In this document: positions 28,749-39,274 of the stretch, in pieces
How positions within the stretch are numbered: the first letter of the stretch is position 1
Layout of the letters: each line of letters begins with the position of its first letter
Assembly (NCBI GenBank): GCA_040767085.1
Contig: JAXGPF010000003.1
Span: 192,001-256,000 of the forward strand
Reading direction: 5' to 3'
Length of the DNA stretch: 64,000 bases
Source: Kiritimatiellia bacterium
Lineage (GTDB): Bacteria > Verrucomicrobiota > Kiritimatiellia > JAAZAB01
Made by a program: the position numbers and the translations under genes
The notes under the pieces: generated by a model
Databases searched by the model: none
Told to the model about the DNA's origin: nothing
Seen by the model: only the letters and a program-made list of their open reading frames with translations

Positions 28749-28782
28749 GGCGGTTCCTTTCTACCCGGCAACTACGCCTGTA

Positions 28783-29133
28783 TCACCATTTTCCATCGCG
28801 GACCTCCCTGATCACACGCAAAACGGCGTGATCCGGCATGTCCTTCAATTCCCGGATGATTTCGGCAAACAGGCGCGGGCGTTTCGTTATGATTTCGCGG
28901 AGGTCGGATGACACCTTGCCGGCCATGGCCAGCAGGAAGTCGGGGTCCTCCTGAAGCGCCACCGCCAGGCGCCGGATTGTGGCCTCGGACGGTGGGGCAG
29001 CTATATTCCGTTCAATTTTGCTTAAATATGATGGTTCCAAGCCAATCCGGGCAGCCACTTTACGGACAGTGTAGGTCGGTCCGTTTTCCGACAATTTTTC
29101 TCTTTTATCACGAATATAGTTGCCAAAATTCAT
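28783..29133 (-). CDS. XRE-family HTH regulator
   Basis: FGNYIRDKRE...VRKVAARIGLEPSYLSKIER. Confidence 0.9.
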   Translation of the reverse strand: MNFGNYIRDKREKLSENGPTYTVRKVAARIGLEPSYLSKIERNIAAPPSEATIRRLAVALQEDPDFLLAMAGKVSSDLREIITKRPRLFAEIIRELKDMPDHAVLRVIREVRDGKW

Positions 29134-29221
29134 AGCAATGTGTAGTATGTCCTACACAGTCATTAATGTCAAGCATGTTTTCTTGTTGATCTAACATTTA
29201 ATCCATCATGGGTGCCGGAAC

Positions 29222-30676
29222 ATGACAACCAGGCTTGAAATATCGGATGATGACTTTGCAGCGGCCATGGCCGCTCAGCCCAAAAACGATTTGTTATTGG
29301 AGGGGAAGTACTGCGACTTACTTAGTGCTATGCAGGACGAAAATATTGAAGATGATGAAATATTTCGATTAGCTACACGGTATTGCATGCCGCTTTCGTT
29401 GTATCACCCGCCCAAATTTTACCTTTTTCCCGGAATAGTCGGCTTCGAATTATTGGTCAATTTGGTTATAGACGTGATGAAAAATATTGCGAAGCGTTCC
29501 GATCTTTCGCCCGACCAACGACAGACCTTGGAATTGTTTAAAAAGGATTTGGTGGGTTTACCTGAAAGTCGCCCGGCAACCGAAAGCAGTTTCAGTTTAA
29601 CCTACCGCCCCCAACCGAAGAATCAAGGAATGCTTAAACATTATTTTGCGTGTGAATTGTCGCCAAGCGAGTTGCATCTGTATGCGGGCGAGTTCGACGA
29701 GATGAATGACCATAACAGCACTTACTCATTTGAACTTGACGCGGACGGTAGATTTGAGGAGAGCGGATTACTGGGGGCATGGCTGGAGTGTATAGGTATT
29801 GCGGAGGATCTATCTTATAAGGTGCTTGTTTCCGCCGTGTTGCCGGTATCGTCTAGGCCGACGGCCACGACTGCCGCACCTGAACCCAAAGACGAAGATA
29901 GGCCGAGTCCGCCCCCGCCGCCGGTTTTGACCTGGGAAGAGATCGAACAAGGAAAGGCGGGGCAACTGGATTTTCCCGCACTTGTGACGGCACCGAGCAT
30001 GGCGGAACGCGCGTTTCTGTCGCTGTCCCGTGAATGGCTGGCGGAATATCAAGGTCAAACTCCGCCCAAGTGTCTAACAAGTCACATGGGGGATTTGGCA
30101 TTAGCGTGTTTGCTGTTGGCTGTTGAATGGGGGAAAGATTTTACGAGGGTTGCACACGCACAGATGGAGGAAAACAGGATCACCGCTGCCGGGCACGCGA
30201 AACCTTCATGGATGAATGAGCTCCCTTGGCAGCTTTGTCAATCCGTCGGCCTGAAGGCGGCTCCAAAGGATACAAAAGCCGTGGCAAATCTGACCGTCAA
30301 CCTGGATCATCATAATTCGTCAATCCGTTACTGGATGATGGAAATCGGTTGGTTCACGGTTCCCTGGCTTGACCGCGTAGAAGCAACCCTCCGCCTCTTT
30401 AAGAACCTAGCGGATACACTCTGCGGACCATTCATGGCGGCAGGACTGGCGTCACGGTTTTTTGACAAAGAGGAGGAATTTTTCAACATTGCCAAGAAGT
30501 TCAAGCCCCCCAAGGGGTTTGAGGATCAGTATCAAGACCGACTGAAGCACGTTGAAAAGCATGGCATTCTGACCATGCAAACGATTTTTTGGCAGGACGA
30601 AGCGATATGCCGGAGGGAAATTGAGCTGGCAGTCTTATCGTGGCGGGTGCGGAAGATGGCAAAACAAAAAACATGA
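29222..30676 (+). CDS. Hypothetical protein
   Basis: 484-aa ORF divergent from the XRE gene; no recognised motif. Confidence 0.7.
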   Translation: MTTRLEISDDDFAAAMAAQPKNDLLLEGKYCDLLSAMQDENIEDDEIFRLATRYCMPLSLYHPPKFYLFPGIVGFELLVNLVIDVMKNIAKRSDLSPDQRQTLELFKKDLVGLPESRPATESSFSLTYRPQPKNQGMLKHYFACELSPSELHLYAGEFDEMNDHNSTYSFELDADGRFEESGLLGAWLECIGIAEDLSYKVLVSAVLPVSSRPTATTAAPEPKDEDRPSPPPPPVLTWEEIEQGKAGQLDFPALVTAPSMAERAFLSLSREWLAEYQGQTPPKCLTSHMGDLALACLLLAVEWGKDFTRVAHAQMEENRITAAGHAKPSWMNELPWQLCQSVGLKAAPKDTKAVANLTVNLDHHNSSIRYWMMEIGWFTVPWLDRVEATLRLFKNLADTLCGPFMAAGLASRFFDKEEEFFNIAKKFKPPKGFEDQYQDRLKHVEKHGILTMQTIFWQDEAICRREIELAVLSWRVRKMAKQKT

Positions 30677-30981
30677 AGTTAATTAAACAGACCTTGCGCC
30701 CGAAATCCAGCCGGAGCCGGGTGGCAGGCGTGTCGCGGGTTTGCGCGGCGGCAATTGCACGGACGCGCGCGGCGCGGATGATGATCCGGTGCGAGGTATC
30801 GGATGATCTTTCGATGTGGAGTCTGCCGGGATATAGGCCGCGAAATCCACCGAAGAACTGCTGGTTTGTGAGTTGCGCTGGGTGTCTTCCCCCGGATACG
30901 CTGGGTGGCACAACAATCATGGTCTGCATATCAAAGCGATCTGGGCGTGTATTGCACGTTGAATTAGTAAACGGCGAGTGA
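30673..30981 (+). CDS. Small hypothetical protein
   Basis: ATGA overlap with the upstream gene. Confidence 0.5.
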   Translation: MKLIKQTLRPKSSRSRVAGVSRVCAAAIARTRAARMMIRCEVSDDLSMWSLPGYRPRNPPKNCWFVSCAGCLPPDTLGGTTIMVCISKRSGRVLHVELVNGE

Positions 30982-30988
30982 AGGTGGT

Positions 30989-31354
30989 ATGGGAGATATA
31001 TTTACAGCCAAATGCCAGTGCGGGTTCAAGTCGCGGGAACTTACCGTGGGGCGCGGGATGATGCACGCGCATCCATATTATCTGCCGGTCGCCTGTCCGG
31101 CTTGTCATGTAATATGGACCGTGGACTCGCGGCGTGGTTGCCGCACCTGCCGGAAGTGCCATACAGCTCTATATTATCTGCATGAGGGCGGAAGTTTCAT
31201 CCCGGCGGACGTGCTGAAACGGCTCAAGGTGGACTATCCCTGGAATTTGGACAATACGGAAGAGGAAGTCGAATCCATGCCCAAGGTTCGCTATCTATGT
31301 CCGCGGCGTGGAATATTTGAAATGGCGCTGTTAGACGCCGGATGTTGGGATTGA
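30989..31354 (+). CDS. Cys-rich (Zn-ribbon) hypothetical protein
   Basis: CQCG, CPAC, CRKC motifs; AAGGTGG upstream. Confidence 0.65.
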   Translation: MGDIFTAKCQCGFKSRELTVGRGMMHAHPYYLPVACPACHVIWTVDSRRGCRTCRKCHTALYYLHEGGSFIPADVLKRLKVDYPWNLDNTEEEVESMPKVRYLCPRRGIFEMALLDAGCWD

Positions 31355-31445
31355 TGCTTGCGGATGGGCCCTGTTTAGATAAAGAAAAAGGGGTTGAGAT
31401 ATTAATCGTTCCCCGCTGTAATCGCATCGGACGGGGATGAAACAT

Positions 31446-31898
31446 TTATTGTTGCGGAGATTGTTCCATAAGGCGGTGTAACCTCGCCACCCTTTCTCCA
31501 CCAGAAACAAAAGGTTCACGGCCTTCTTTTTCCGCTCGTTCCCCTAAAAACACTCCGAGATCGTGCACACGACGAAAGGCATCAAGCAATAGTCCGGTAG
31601 CAGGCCAAGATATTATGGGTTTTATTCGACCTTCGCCATCTGTCGGCATTATTCCTTTTGGCCCACGACCGAGACCAACGCCCAGCACCCACCGTCTATA
31701 GTTGGCAAATTCTGTGCCCCATGTGTTTGGTCTATCATTTTTAAAAGCAATCTGACAACGCTTAGAGCAGAACAGCACGCCCTTCGCCACCTGGTTTTCT
31801 GGAATATCTTTGCCGCATTGCGGGCACAGATAAAATGCGGTGTCTGTTGTGTCGTCATAAAAATGTTTTTTTCCGCTTGACAAATTATCGGCATTCAT
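31446..31898 (-). CDS. Hypothetical protein with Zn-finger-like motif
   Basis: CPQCGK...FCSKRC. Confidence 0.55.
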   Translation of the reverse strand: MNADNLSSGKKHFYDDTTDTAFYLCPQCGKDIPENQVAKGVLFCSKRCQIAFKNDRPNTWGTEFANYRRWVLGVGLGRGPKGIMPTDGEGRIKPIISWPATGLLLDAFRRVHDLGVFLGERAEKEGREPFVSGGERVARLHRLMEQSPQQ

Positions 31899-31976
31899 GC
31901 AAATATATTATCACTTTCGGGAACAAGTGTCAACGACGACCTGAAAGACAAATTGCACGTCCGGCGGTCTTTGACG

Positions 31977-32014
31977 GGGCGCGCGAGGAATAACCTCGTG
32001 CGCCCTTTTTGTTT
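31977..32014 (+). terminator. Terminator/attenuator-like hairpin in the leader of the replication genes
   Basis: GGGCGCGCGAGG-AATAA-CCTCGTGCGCCC followed by TTTTTGTTT. Confidence 0.6.
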
Positions 32015-32274
32015 GGGGTGCACGGCAACGCAGGAGCGTTTGTCGTGAACACAAAAAGACCGCATCAAAGACAGAATCAGGCCTTTCTATCAGAAAAGGC
32101 GCATCAGGGATTCAACTGGAATCCTCTTCCCAGCAGGACCGGTTGGATAACGGCCTTAATCAGCCCTCTTATCAACAACCGCGCCTGTCCCGCTTCAGAT
32201 ACACAACCGCGAATCGCTCACGCCTTGGGTGTCCACGCTTCTATCCTGTTCGTTTTAAAACAGGAGGTGGCGCA

Positions 32275-32628
32275 ATGAAAACTGATCCGCTGACTCTTGA
32301 TTATTTCATAGGTCGATACACTTCCGCCCCCTATAGCCGACAACAAGCGGCGCTTGCCGCCTCGATCCGAGTCTTAGATGAAGTCCCGGAAAGCAACACA
32401 AATGAGCCGCTTTTAACACTGGCGGAATTAACACAAGCTCTAGGTTTTAAACATTACACAGCTCTGCATAAGCTCAAAATTCAAAGAGCAGGTCAAGCTT
32501 GGGCTGGCGGTCGCCTTCGATACCGTCGAAGTGCGGCGGAGGAATATTTGAAATCCCCTGCCTGCATGGAAATCCGGGAAGAACTCAGACGTAAACGCCG
32601 GAAACTGGAGAAAGAGCGGTCGTTATGA
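32275..32628 (+). CDS. Small excisionase/HTH-like protein
   Basis: AGGAGG RBS; EPLLTLAELTQALGF...GGRLRYRRS. Confidence 0.6.
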   Translation: MKTDPLTLDYFIGRYTSAPYSRQQAALAASIRVLDEVPESNTNEPLLTLAELTQALGFKHYTALHKLKIQRAGQAWAGGRLRYRRSAAEEYLKSPACMEIREELRRKRRKLEKERSL

Positions 32629-33566
32629 ATGCACTTCAACGACGATTTCAAGACGCGCTGCGCTCCTTGCCTCAACCAGGCGGTAACGGATATCATACGA
32701 GTATTCTGGGAGTGGCCAATCTGGGTGCCATGGCCGGTGTGTCTGCGGATGAACTGAAAGCCCTGATCCGTCAGTATACTCCGCCAGGCGGGCGCCGCGT
32801 TCCCGATCAGGAAATCCAGGATGCGGTAATGAAAGCTGTGTCTGAATGCGGCCGGTGTGTAAATATTAAATCCTGGAGCCCAAGGACTTCGACTCAAGAC
32901 CGGAATGTTGACGCAGAAGGTTTTATGTCAACATGTCTGGCCAATGCGGAGGGGATCGGGGAAGGCGATATTCATGAGGCCTCGCCCGTGAAAATTGAGT
33001 GGCCTCCCGAGAATGACGCGCAGGAGTTGTTGTCATGGCTTTACTATCCCAGAGATATTCTTTTCATTGGCGATAGGTTTGGTACACAGGTCAAATATGC
33101 TTATGAGTGGTTGGCTGATTTCAAGGCTGGGCACACCATCCCTCCACATATCATTCCCAATCCGCTATCAGGCGCATTTGCGATGACCAAGGATGGTCGG
33201 CCCAGTAAAAGGGCGGATGCATGTGTGAAATCCTTCCGGTTTGCCGTGGCCGAGTTTGACCATCTAAGCCGGGAGGACCAGTTGCGTTTCTGGTGGTCAG
33301 TGAATTTGCCGGTATGTGCATTGATTGACAGTGGCGGTAAATCGTTGCATGCCTGGATCAAGATTACAGGTGTAAATTCGACGGATACCTGGACCTGCCT
33401 GGTCGAAGAAAAGCTTTTTAGGCTTTATTTGGTGCCGCTGGGGTGCGATTCAGCCTGCCGCAATGAGGCACGGCTATCTCGTATGCCGGGGCATTTTCGA
33501 TCTGAACGGGGGCGTTTTCAGCGGGTCTTGTATTTGTCTCCAGAAGGCCGGAGGATTGGCAAATGA
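32625..33566 (+). CDS. RepB-like/AEP DNA primase
   Basis: AVAEFD...IDSGGKSLHAWI...CRNEARLSRMPG; immediately upstream of an AAA_25 helicase. Confidence 0.75.
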   Translation: MNALQRRFQDALRSLPQPGGNGYHTSILGVANLGAMAGVSADELKALIRQYTPPGGRRVPDQEIQDAVMKAVSECGRCVNIKSWSPRTSTQDRNVDAEGFMSTCLANAEGIGEGDIHEASPVKIEWPPENDAQELLSWLYYPRDILFIGDRFGTQVKYAYEWLADFKAGHTIPPHIIPNPLSGAFAMTKDGRPSKRADACVKSFRFAVAEFDHLSREDQLRFWWSVNLPVCALIDSGGKSLHAWIKITGVNSTDTWTCLVEEKLFRLYLVPLGCDSACRNEARLSRMPGHFRSERGRFQRVLYLSPEGRRIGK

Positions 33567-33859
33567 ATGCTTTGGAGTGCCTGGAGGCCCAAGTTGCGGA
33601 TTTTAAGATAACACAGCTTAATGGTCGATCTTTAGCTGATTACGCTAAGATGGAGGTTGATGCTGGGGCGACGTGAGCAGGATCGGAGTAATTGATGTTT
33701 TTCCGGGTTGTTTGAGTCACGCTAAGTGATGGACGTGGGCAAGCGTCCATCAGATAAAGTGCTTCTTTTTGCTCCCCTTGATTTTTGAGCATGCGGTAGC
33801 CTGCTGCGTCAGCAGCGGGGGCGCTGCCTCCTTGCAGCGTGCCGTGGGCGATTTCGTTT

Positions 33860-34231
33860 TTATGGCAGCGACGCTTTTAAGACTCGGTCGAGGTCGGCTT
33901 GGATTGGTTGGAGCAGTTCTATATCCATGAATCCGTCTTGCACCTGTTTTTGCGCCTTGACCAGGGCTTCCCGGAAGAATGCCGCGGCGAGCGCCGGGTG
34001 ACCTTTTTTTTCGTAGACCATTCCCAGCCCGTTAAATCCGTCGGGCACATCGGGTTGCGCGAGCATAAGTTTGTTGAAAATTTCCTCGGCGTCGTTAAGC
34101 TTGCCGGCGTCAATCAGATCGAGTCCCTGATTCCACCATTCGATGTCGTCTTCTTCCTCGAGTGGCCGGATTTGCGGGTATTGTTTTCTGATATTTGCGA
34201 TATATTCCGCGATATTTATGGGAGCACGCAT
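33860..34231 (-). CDS. Small TPR protein (passenger)
   Basis: DAEEIFNKLMLAQPDVPDGFNGLGMVYEKKG. Confidence 0.7.
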   Translation of the reverse strand: MRAPINIAEYIANIRKQYPQIRPLEEEDDIEWWNQGLDLIDAGKLNDAEEIFNKLMLAQPDVPDGFNGLGMVYEKKGHPALAAAFFREALVKAQKQVQDGFMDIELLQPIQADLDRVLKASLP

Positions 34232-34786
34232 ATGCATAAGGTACTCAACAGCGGTCATTTTATCAAGTATTTAGAGCGATTTGATGGGAAGATTGCGCAG
34301 GCCGCCAAGGCGGAGATGTGCCGGTATTGCGGCGGCAAGCTGCATTGCGGCGATTATGCGCGCAAGCCGCGCGGTGTTGTCGGGTGGGATAAACGCCACA
34401 GTTTTAACTGTGCGCGGTGTCGGCGGCGCAAGACGCCGCCCAGCGTGCGTTTTCTTGGGCGCCGGGTTTATGCGGGCGTGGTGGTGGCGCTGGTGAGCGC
34501 GCTGATGCATGGTCTGAATGCTGGGCGCGCGCAGGTATTGGTTGAAAAACTGGGCATTGACCGGCGAACATTAAAGCGTTGGCTTGCATGGTGGCGCGCG
34601 GTGTTTGTGACGAGCGGGTTTTGGAAGGGCGCTCGGGCGAGTTTTATGCCACAGGTTGAGGCTACCCGGATGCCGTTGAGTTTATTGGAGGCGTTTGGCG
34701 CGGAGCGGCGCCGCGGGATGTTCAAGCTGTTACTTTTTATTGCGCCGATTACCACTGGTTCGTGTGAAATGGCGGTGGTTATGTGA
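34232..34786 (+). CDS. Zn-finger/HTH accessory protein of the transposon (DUF6431-like)
   Basis: CRYCGG...RKPRG...CARCRRRKTPPSVRFLGRRVY...IDRRTLKRW. Confidence 0.7.
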   Translation: MHKVLNSGHFIKYLERFDGKIAQAAKAEMCRYCGGKLHCGDYARKPRGVVGWDKRHSFNCARCRRRKTPPSVRFLGRRVYAGVVVALVSALMHGLNAGRAQVLVEKLGIDRRTLKRWLAWWRAVFVTSGFWKGARASFMPQVEATRMPLSLLEAFGAERRRGMFKLLLFIAPITTGSCEMAVVM

Positions 34787-34922
34787 TGGTTGTTTTTCTC
34801 CCGCAGAGCATGCCGCTGGAGCTTTGCGCGAGGGCGTTATACCTTGGGCGGCATTGCAACGGAATGGTCGGCGGAGCGGAATGGATTTCGCTTGGCGGCG
34901 GGCCAGACGGGAGGGGTGCGCA

Positions 34923-36419
34923 ATGCCAAAACAGGATGCGGATTATAGCGCGGGTGGCGGTGGTTCCGGGGGATGCGCGCGGTGGGCGCATTTTCGTTTC
35001 AGCGTAATTGGCCCATTATTGGCGGCGCCGCCGGGGCGGGGCGATTTGCAGGCGGAGATTGCGCTTCTGGCCGGCAAGCAATGGCGGCATCCGGTGACGG
35101 GGCAATGGGTGCGGTTTGGGTCTTCCACGATTGAGCGGTGGTATTACCGGGCTTTACATGGGGCCAAAGACCCGGTCGGCGTGTTGACGCGCAAGGTGCG
35201 CAACGATCATGGCGCCCATCGCAGTTTGAGCTTTGAGTTGCGCAATGCAATAAGCGTCCAGCACCAACAACACCCGGAGTGGAGTTGCCAACTGCATTAC
35301 GACAACCTGGCGGTGCGCGTGGCGGAGGATTCGCGACTGGGAGCGTTACCGTCTTATGTGTCGGTGCGCCGTTATATGCGTGCCGCGGGGATGTTCAAGC
35401 GCCGCCGTTTGGGCGGGCGCCGGGATACCGCCGGCGCCCGGGCCGCCGAAGCGCGGTTTGCGGCTTTAGAGGTGCGCTCCTACGAAAGCGAGTACGTCAA
35501 TGCGCTATGGCATTTGGACTTTCATCAGGGATCAATCCCGGTCTTGACCAAGCCCGGCGAGTGGTTGCGGCCGCAATTACTTGGAGTGTTGGACGATCAT
35601 TCCCGCATGTGCTGCCACTTGCAGTGGTACCTGGCGGAAACCGCCGAGAACCTGACGCATGGGTTAAGCCAAGCCATGCAAAAATGCGGTCTGCCAAGGG
35701 CGCTGATGACGGACAACGGCGGCGCCATGACGGCCGACGAAACCACGCAAGGACTCGCGCGTTTAGGTGTTTTACACGAGAAGACGCTGCCCTATAGCGC
35801 CTACCAGAACGGCAAACAGGAATCCTTCTGGGGGCAAATAGAAGGGCGGTTGCTGCCCATGCTCGGCGGCTGCCCTGATTTGACGCTGGCACAGCTCAAC
35901 CAGGCGACACAGGCCTGGGTCGAAATGGAATATAACCGCAAGGTGCATTCCGCGACCGCCCGATCGCCGGTTGATCGTTTTGTCAATGTCAAAGACGTGG
36001 GCAGAACTTGCCCATCCGCGGAAGTCTTGCGCCAGGCATTCACCGCCGGATGTTCGCGAACGCAACGCTTTAGTGATGGCACCATTAGCATTGACGGCGT
36101 ACGCTTCGAGGTGCCTTCCCGCTACCGCCATATCAAACGCATCGGCGTGCGATACGCCGCATGGGACTTGTCTTATGTTCATCTGGCCGACGCGCGTAGC
36201 GATCAAATCTTGACGCGGCTATTTCCGCAAGACAAACACAAAAACGCCGACGGCCACCGCCGCCAAAAGGAAACCATAGGCGACCATCCCGATCCAACAT
36301 CGCCGCCGCCGCGGTCAACCGGCATGGCGCCACTGTTGCGCAAATTCATCGCGGATTATGCCGCCACCGGGCTGCCGCCAGCTTATCTGCCAAAGGATGA
36401 ACTCAAAATACAGGAGTAA
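34923..36419 (+). CDS. DDE transposase (rve integrase core, Mu-like C-terminus)
   Basis: LWHLDF, LDDHSR, MTDNGG, QNGKQESF, YNRKVHS. Confidence 0.9.
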   Translation: MPKQDADYSAGGGGSGGCARWAHFRFSVIGPLLAAPPGRGDLQAEIALLAGKQWRHPVTGQWVRFGSSTIERWYYRALHGAKDPVGVLTRKVRNDHGAHRSLSFELRNAISVQHQQHPEWSCQLHYDNLAVRVAEDSRLGALPSYVSVRRYMRAAGMFKRRRLGGRRDTAGARAAEARFAALEVRSYESEYVNALWHLDFHQGSIPVLTKPGEWLRPQLLGVLDDHSRMCCHLQWYLAETAENLTHGLSQAMQKCGLPRALMTDNGGAMTADETTQGLARLGVLHEKTLPYSAYQNGKQESFWGQIEGRLLPMLGGCPDLTLAQLNQATQAWVEMEYNRKVHSATARSPVDRFVNVKDVGRTCPSAEVLRQAFTAGCSRTQRFSDGTISIDGVRFEVPSRYRHIKRIGVRYAAWDLSYVHLADARSDQILTRLFPQDKHKNADGHRRQKETIGDHPDPTSPPPRSTGMAPLLRKFIADYAATGLPPAYLPKDELKIQE

Positions 36420-36428
36420 TCAAACATC

Positions 36429-37259
36429 ATGAGTAAAAAACTACTTGCGCTATACAGCCTGAAGTACAACCCGTTCTGCCAGGAAGTGCCGACCGCCGCA
36501 CTATTCAGGACGCCGGCCGTCGAACATTTTTGCTGGCGGATTGAAAATCAGGTCGGCGAAGGCGGCTTCGCGTTGGTTACCGGCTCGCCCGGATCCGGCA
36601 AAAGCGTGGCGCTGCGTATTCTGGCCGACCGGCTGCGCGGCATCCCGGATATCACCGTCGGCATCATCACCCGACCACAAGCATCCGTGGCCGACTTCTA
36701 CCGCGAAATGGGCGATCTGTTCGCAACTACGCTGACGCCAAGCAACCGTTGGGGCGGCGCCAAGGCGTTGCGTCAAAAATGGCTGACCCATATTGACGCC
36801 TCGCTCTACCGCCCCGTCCTCCTCATCGATGAAGCCCAACTCATGACGCCGGGAACACTGGGTGAACTGCGCATGCTGGCAAGCGCCGAACTCGACTCGC
36901 GTAGCATCCTCACCGTGGTGCTCGCCGGGGATGAAAGACTGGTTAACAAACTGCGCAGCGACGACCTGTTGCCAATGGCCAGCCGTATCCGCTGCCGGCT
37001 GCCCTGTGACCCCGCCACCCCTCAACAACTACGCGAATGCCTCAACCATCAGCTAAAACAGGCCGGCAACACCAGATTGCTTTCAGACCCCGTAATCGCC
37101 GCGCTTTGCGAACATGCCGCCGGAAATTACCGGTCTTTAATGAACATGGCCAACGACCTCTTGGCCGCCGCATTACAACGTGAACTCGACCAAATTGATG
37201 AAAAACTCTTCTTCGATGTGTTCAATATCCGTGCCATATCAACGCAAAAATCCCAATAA
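36429..37259 (+). CDS. ExeA-like AAA ATPase (transposition helper)
   Basis: GSPGSGKS, LLIDEAQ; directly follows the transposase. Confidence 0.88.
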   Translation: MSKKLLALYSLKYNPFCQEVPTAALFRTPAVEHFCWRIENQVGEGGFALVTGSPGSGKSVALRILADRLRGIPDITVGIITRPQASVADFYREMGDLFATTLTPSNRWGGAKALRQKWLTHIDASLYRPVLLIDEAQLMTPGTLGELRMLASAELDSRSILTVVLAGDERLVNKLRSDDLLPMASRIRCRLPCDPATPQQLRECLNHQLKQAGNTRLLSDPVIAALCEHAAGNYRSLMNMANDLLAAALQRELDQIDEKLFFDVFNIRAISTQKSQ

Positions 37260-39216
37260 AGCAACAACACTTAAACACGACAAGTAAAGACGGGGCGCCT
37301 ACACGTCACGCCCAATTAAAAAGCGAATAGGCTCTCATTAAACAAGCCAGGCCAAACACATATCCATCAATTATCACGACAAATCATCCATCATTTTTTG
37401 TGATCGCTCTCAACGCTGTTGGGGAACCGGTTCCTGTGCCGAGGCGGTGGACTTTTGTTTGTTGGACCTTCCGGCATCGGTAAATCATCCGCGTCCGTGC
37501 AGCAGGATATCCTCTGGGCGCTTGGACGTCCCGCATTCGGGATTCAACCGGCAAGGCCGTTGAAAATCATTACGGTCCAAGCGGAAAATGACGACGGTGA
37601 CTTAGCAGAAATGGCCAGGGGCGTGATGCATGGTTTAGGCTTGAGCGACCATGAGCGTTCCAACGTTCATAAAAACACCTTGTATATTACCGAGCGGTTT
37701 AGAATAGGCGACAAGTTCATTAGTCTGCTTGGCGAGATTTTAGCAAACCGGCCGGTTGATCTTCTCCGCATTGATCCGCTACAATCATTTCTTGGCGGGG
37801 ATGTTTCAATGGTTGATGTCGTGACATCTTTTGTGCAAGCCGGCTTGAACCCTCTTTTGCAACAGTACAACTTTGGGTGCATTATTTGCCACCATACGCC
37901 CAAGACGCATCGCAGGGATACAACGGCGTGGAAGGCTTCGGATTGGCAGTATGCCGGTGCTGGATCGGCTGTTTTGACTAATTGGGCACGTGCGATTATG
38001 GTTGTCGATCCATGCGAGGGCGACCCCGGGTTATTCCGATTCATTGCCGCTAAACGTGGGGGGCGAATTGGCTGGACTGATAAACACGGTGCAGCAGCGA
38101 ACATCAGGCATTTTAAACACGCCCGGGAATCAGGTGTAATATTTTGGGAAGGCGCCACGGATGACGAGATTCAGTCCGGTACGCAAAAAGGTCTGTCAGA
38201 AAATGATATCCTTGCTTTGCTGCCGGAGAGCGAGTCGGTCTCGAAAACCGTTTTTATTTATGATTTGAATCAAAAGCACGGCGTGGGGATAAAGAAGGTA
38301 ACTTCACTCGTCAAGAAAATGCTGGATAAGAAAAAGATATTTCAGTCTTCGAGACCGCGGTCCGGCACGCGACCGGAAATGATGCTTTCCCGTTTTTCTG
38401 TCGGTGATAATGTGCCGGAATAAGATCTGGCTGTCGTCTTTCCGGTACGAGCGGGGAGATAGATACGCGCCCCCCCTTTAAGGGGCGCGTGCATCCATCT
38501 CGGGTTGTATGCGCTTTTGAACAAAATTCTGTCCGGAGTAAATCCATTTACTATTTTGGCGGGTATGGTGCGCGCGTGCCCCCCCCGCCCCCCATTTTGC
38601 CGGCTGATGGTGTAGCGCACGGCACAAAATTGATAGGTGGCTTTTCCCCGCTTTGAATGAAATTGACTCAGATACAGCGTGAAGCACCTTCGCGTTTTGA
38701 CGCTTGGTTAGATGCACGGCGACGGCGGAGGCACTCCTGGCGCCAGGAGCGGGCGTCTGCCGCCCTCATAGACACGTCAAGGCATTGTGGTCCTGCCGGG
38801 CCTCAAGACGCCTCTAAGATGGCGCTACGTGCCGTACGCCGGCCAACAGTTTCATCGCCACAGTCATCGATCAGTGCATTTGTCAGTATTGCTCAGCTTG
38901 CAACAAGGTCGCATAATCAACCAAGTGTCTAATTCGCCAAAGTCTTAACCATTTTAAATTGAACATGTTGCAGAAGACGTCAGGCCCGCGTAAATTATCA
39001 TCAAAATCGTTGAAATTTTAATGTCTTGAATATCAACTGTTTATCGAATCAGGTGGAGCGCCCTCCCTATTGGCTGCAACCTGAATCCGTGACGGGATTT
39101 TATGTTGTCAAGATAATGTGCGTACAAACAACAATTTATGGCATTTTAAAATATCACCAAAAACACACGGCGCTGTTTGGCGGAAAAGACCGCCCTGCGG
39201 GTGAGGCCATTATGCC

Positions 39217-39274
39217 GCATCTGCTTTGTTGCGAAGGATTCGCGGTATATTTATACAGCTTCATCCTTCGCGCC
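39217..39274 (-). repeat. Dispersed hairpin repeat, copy 2
   Basis: Matches 14811-14868; bounded by TATGCCGCA (39211-39219) and TGCGGCATA (39282-39290). Confidence 0.85.

Larger units (their letters stand above)
33674..37412 (+). mobile_element. Transposon with Zn-finger gene, rve/Mu-like DDE transposase, ExeA-like ATPase and TPR passenger
   Basis: TG...CA ends with imperfect IR (TGAG..GATC..TGATG), flanked by duplicated ACG; interrupts the helicase. Confidence 0.85.
33563..38423 (+). pseudogene. AAA_25/RepA-type helicase interrupted by a transposon (33563-33673 joined to 37416-38423)
   Basis: Removing 33674-37415 restores ...DAGAT-LLGNRFLCRGGGLLFVGPSGIGKSS in frame; also AENDD, RIDPL, CHHTPK. 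Confidence 0.85.

Noticed and set aside
38465-38490. Hairpin after the helicase as a replication origin
   Set aside because: A real 9-bp stem, but there are no iterons or other support for a function.
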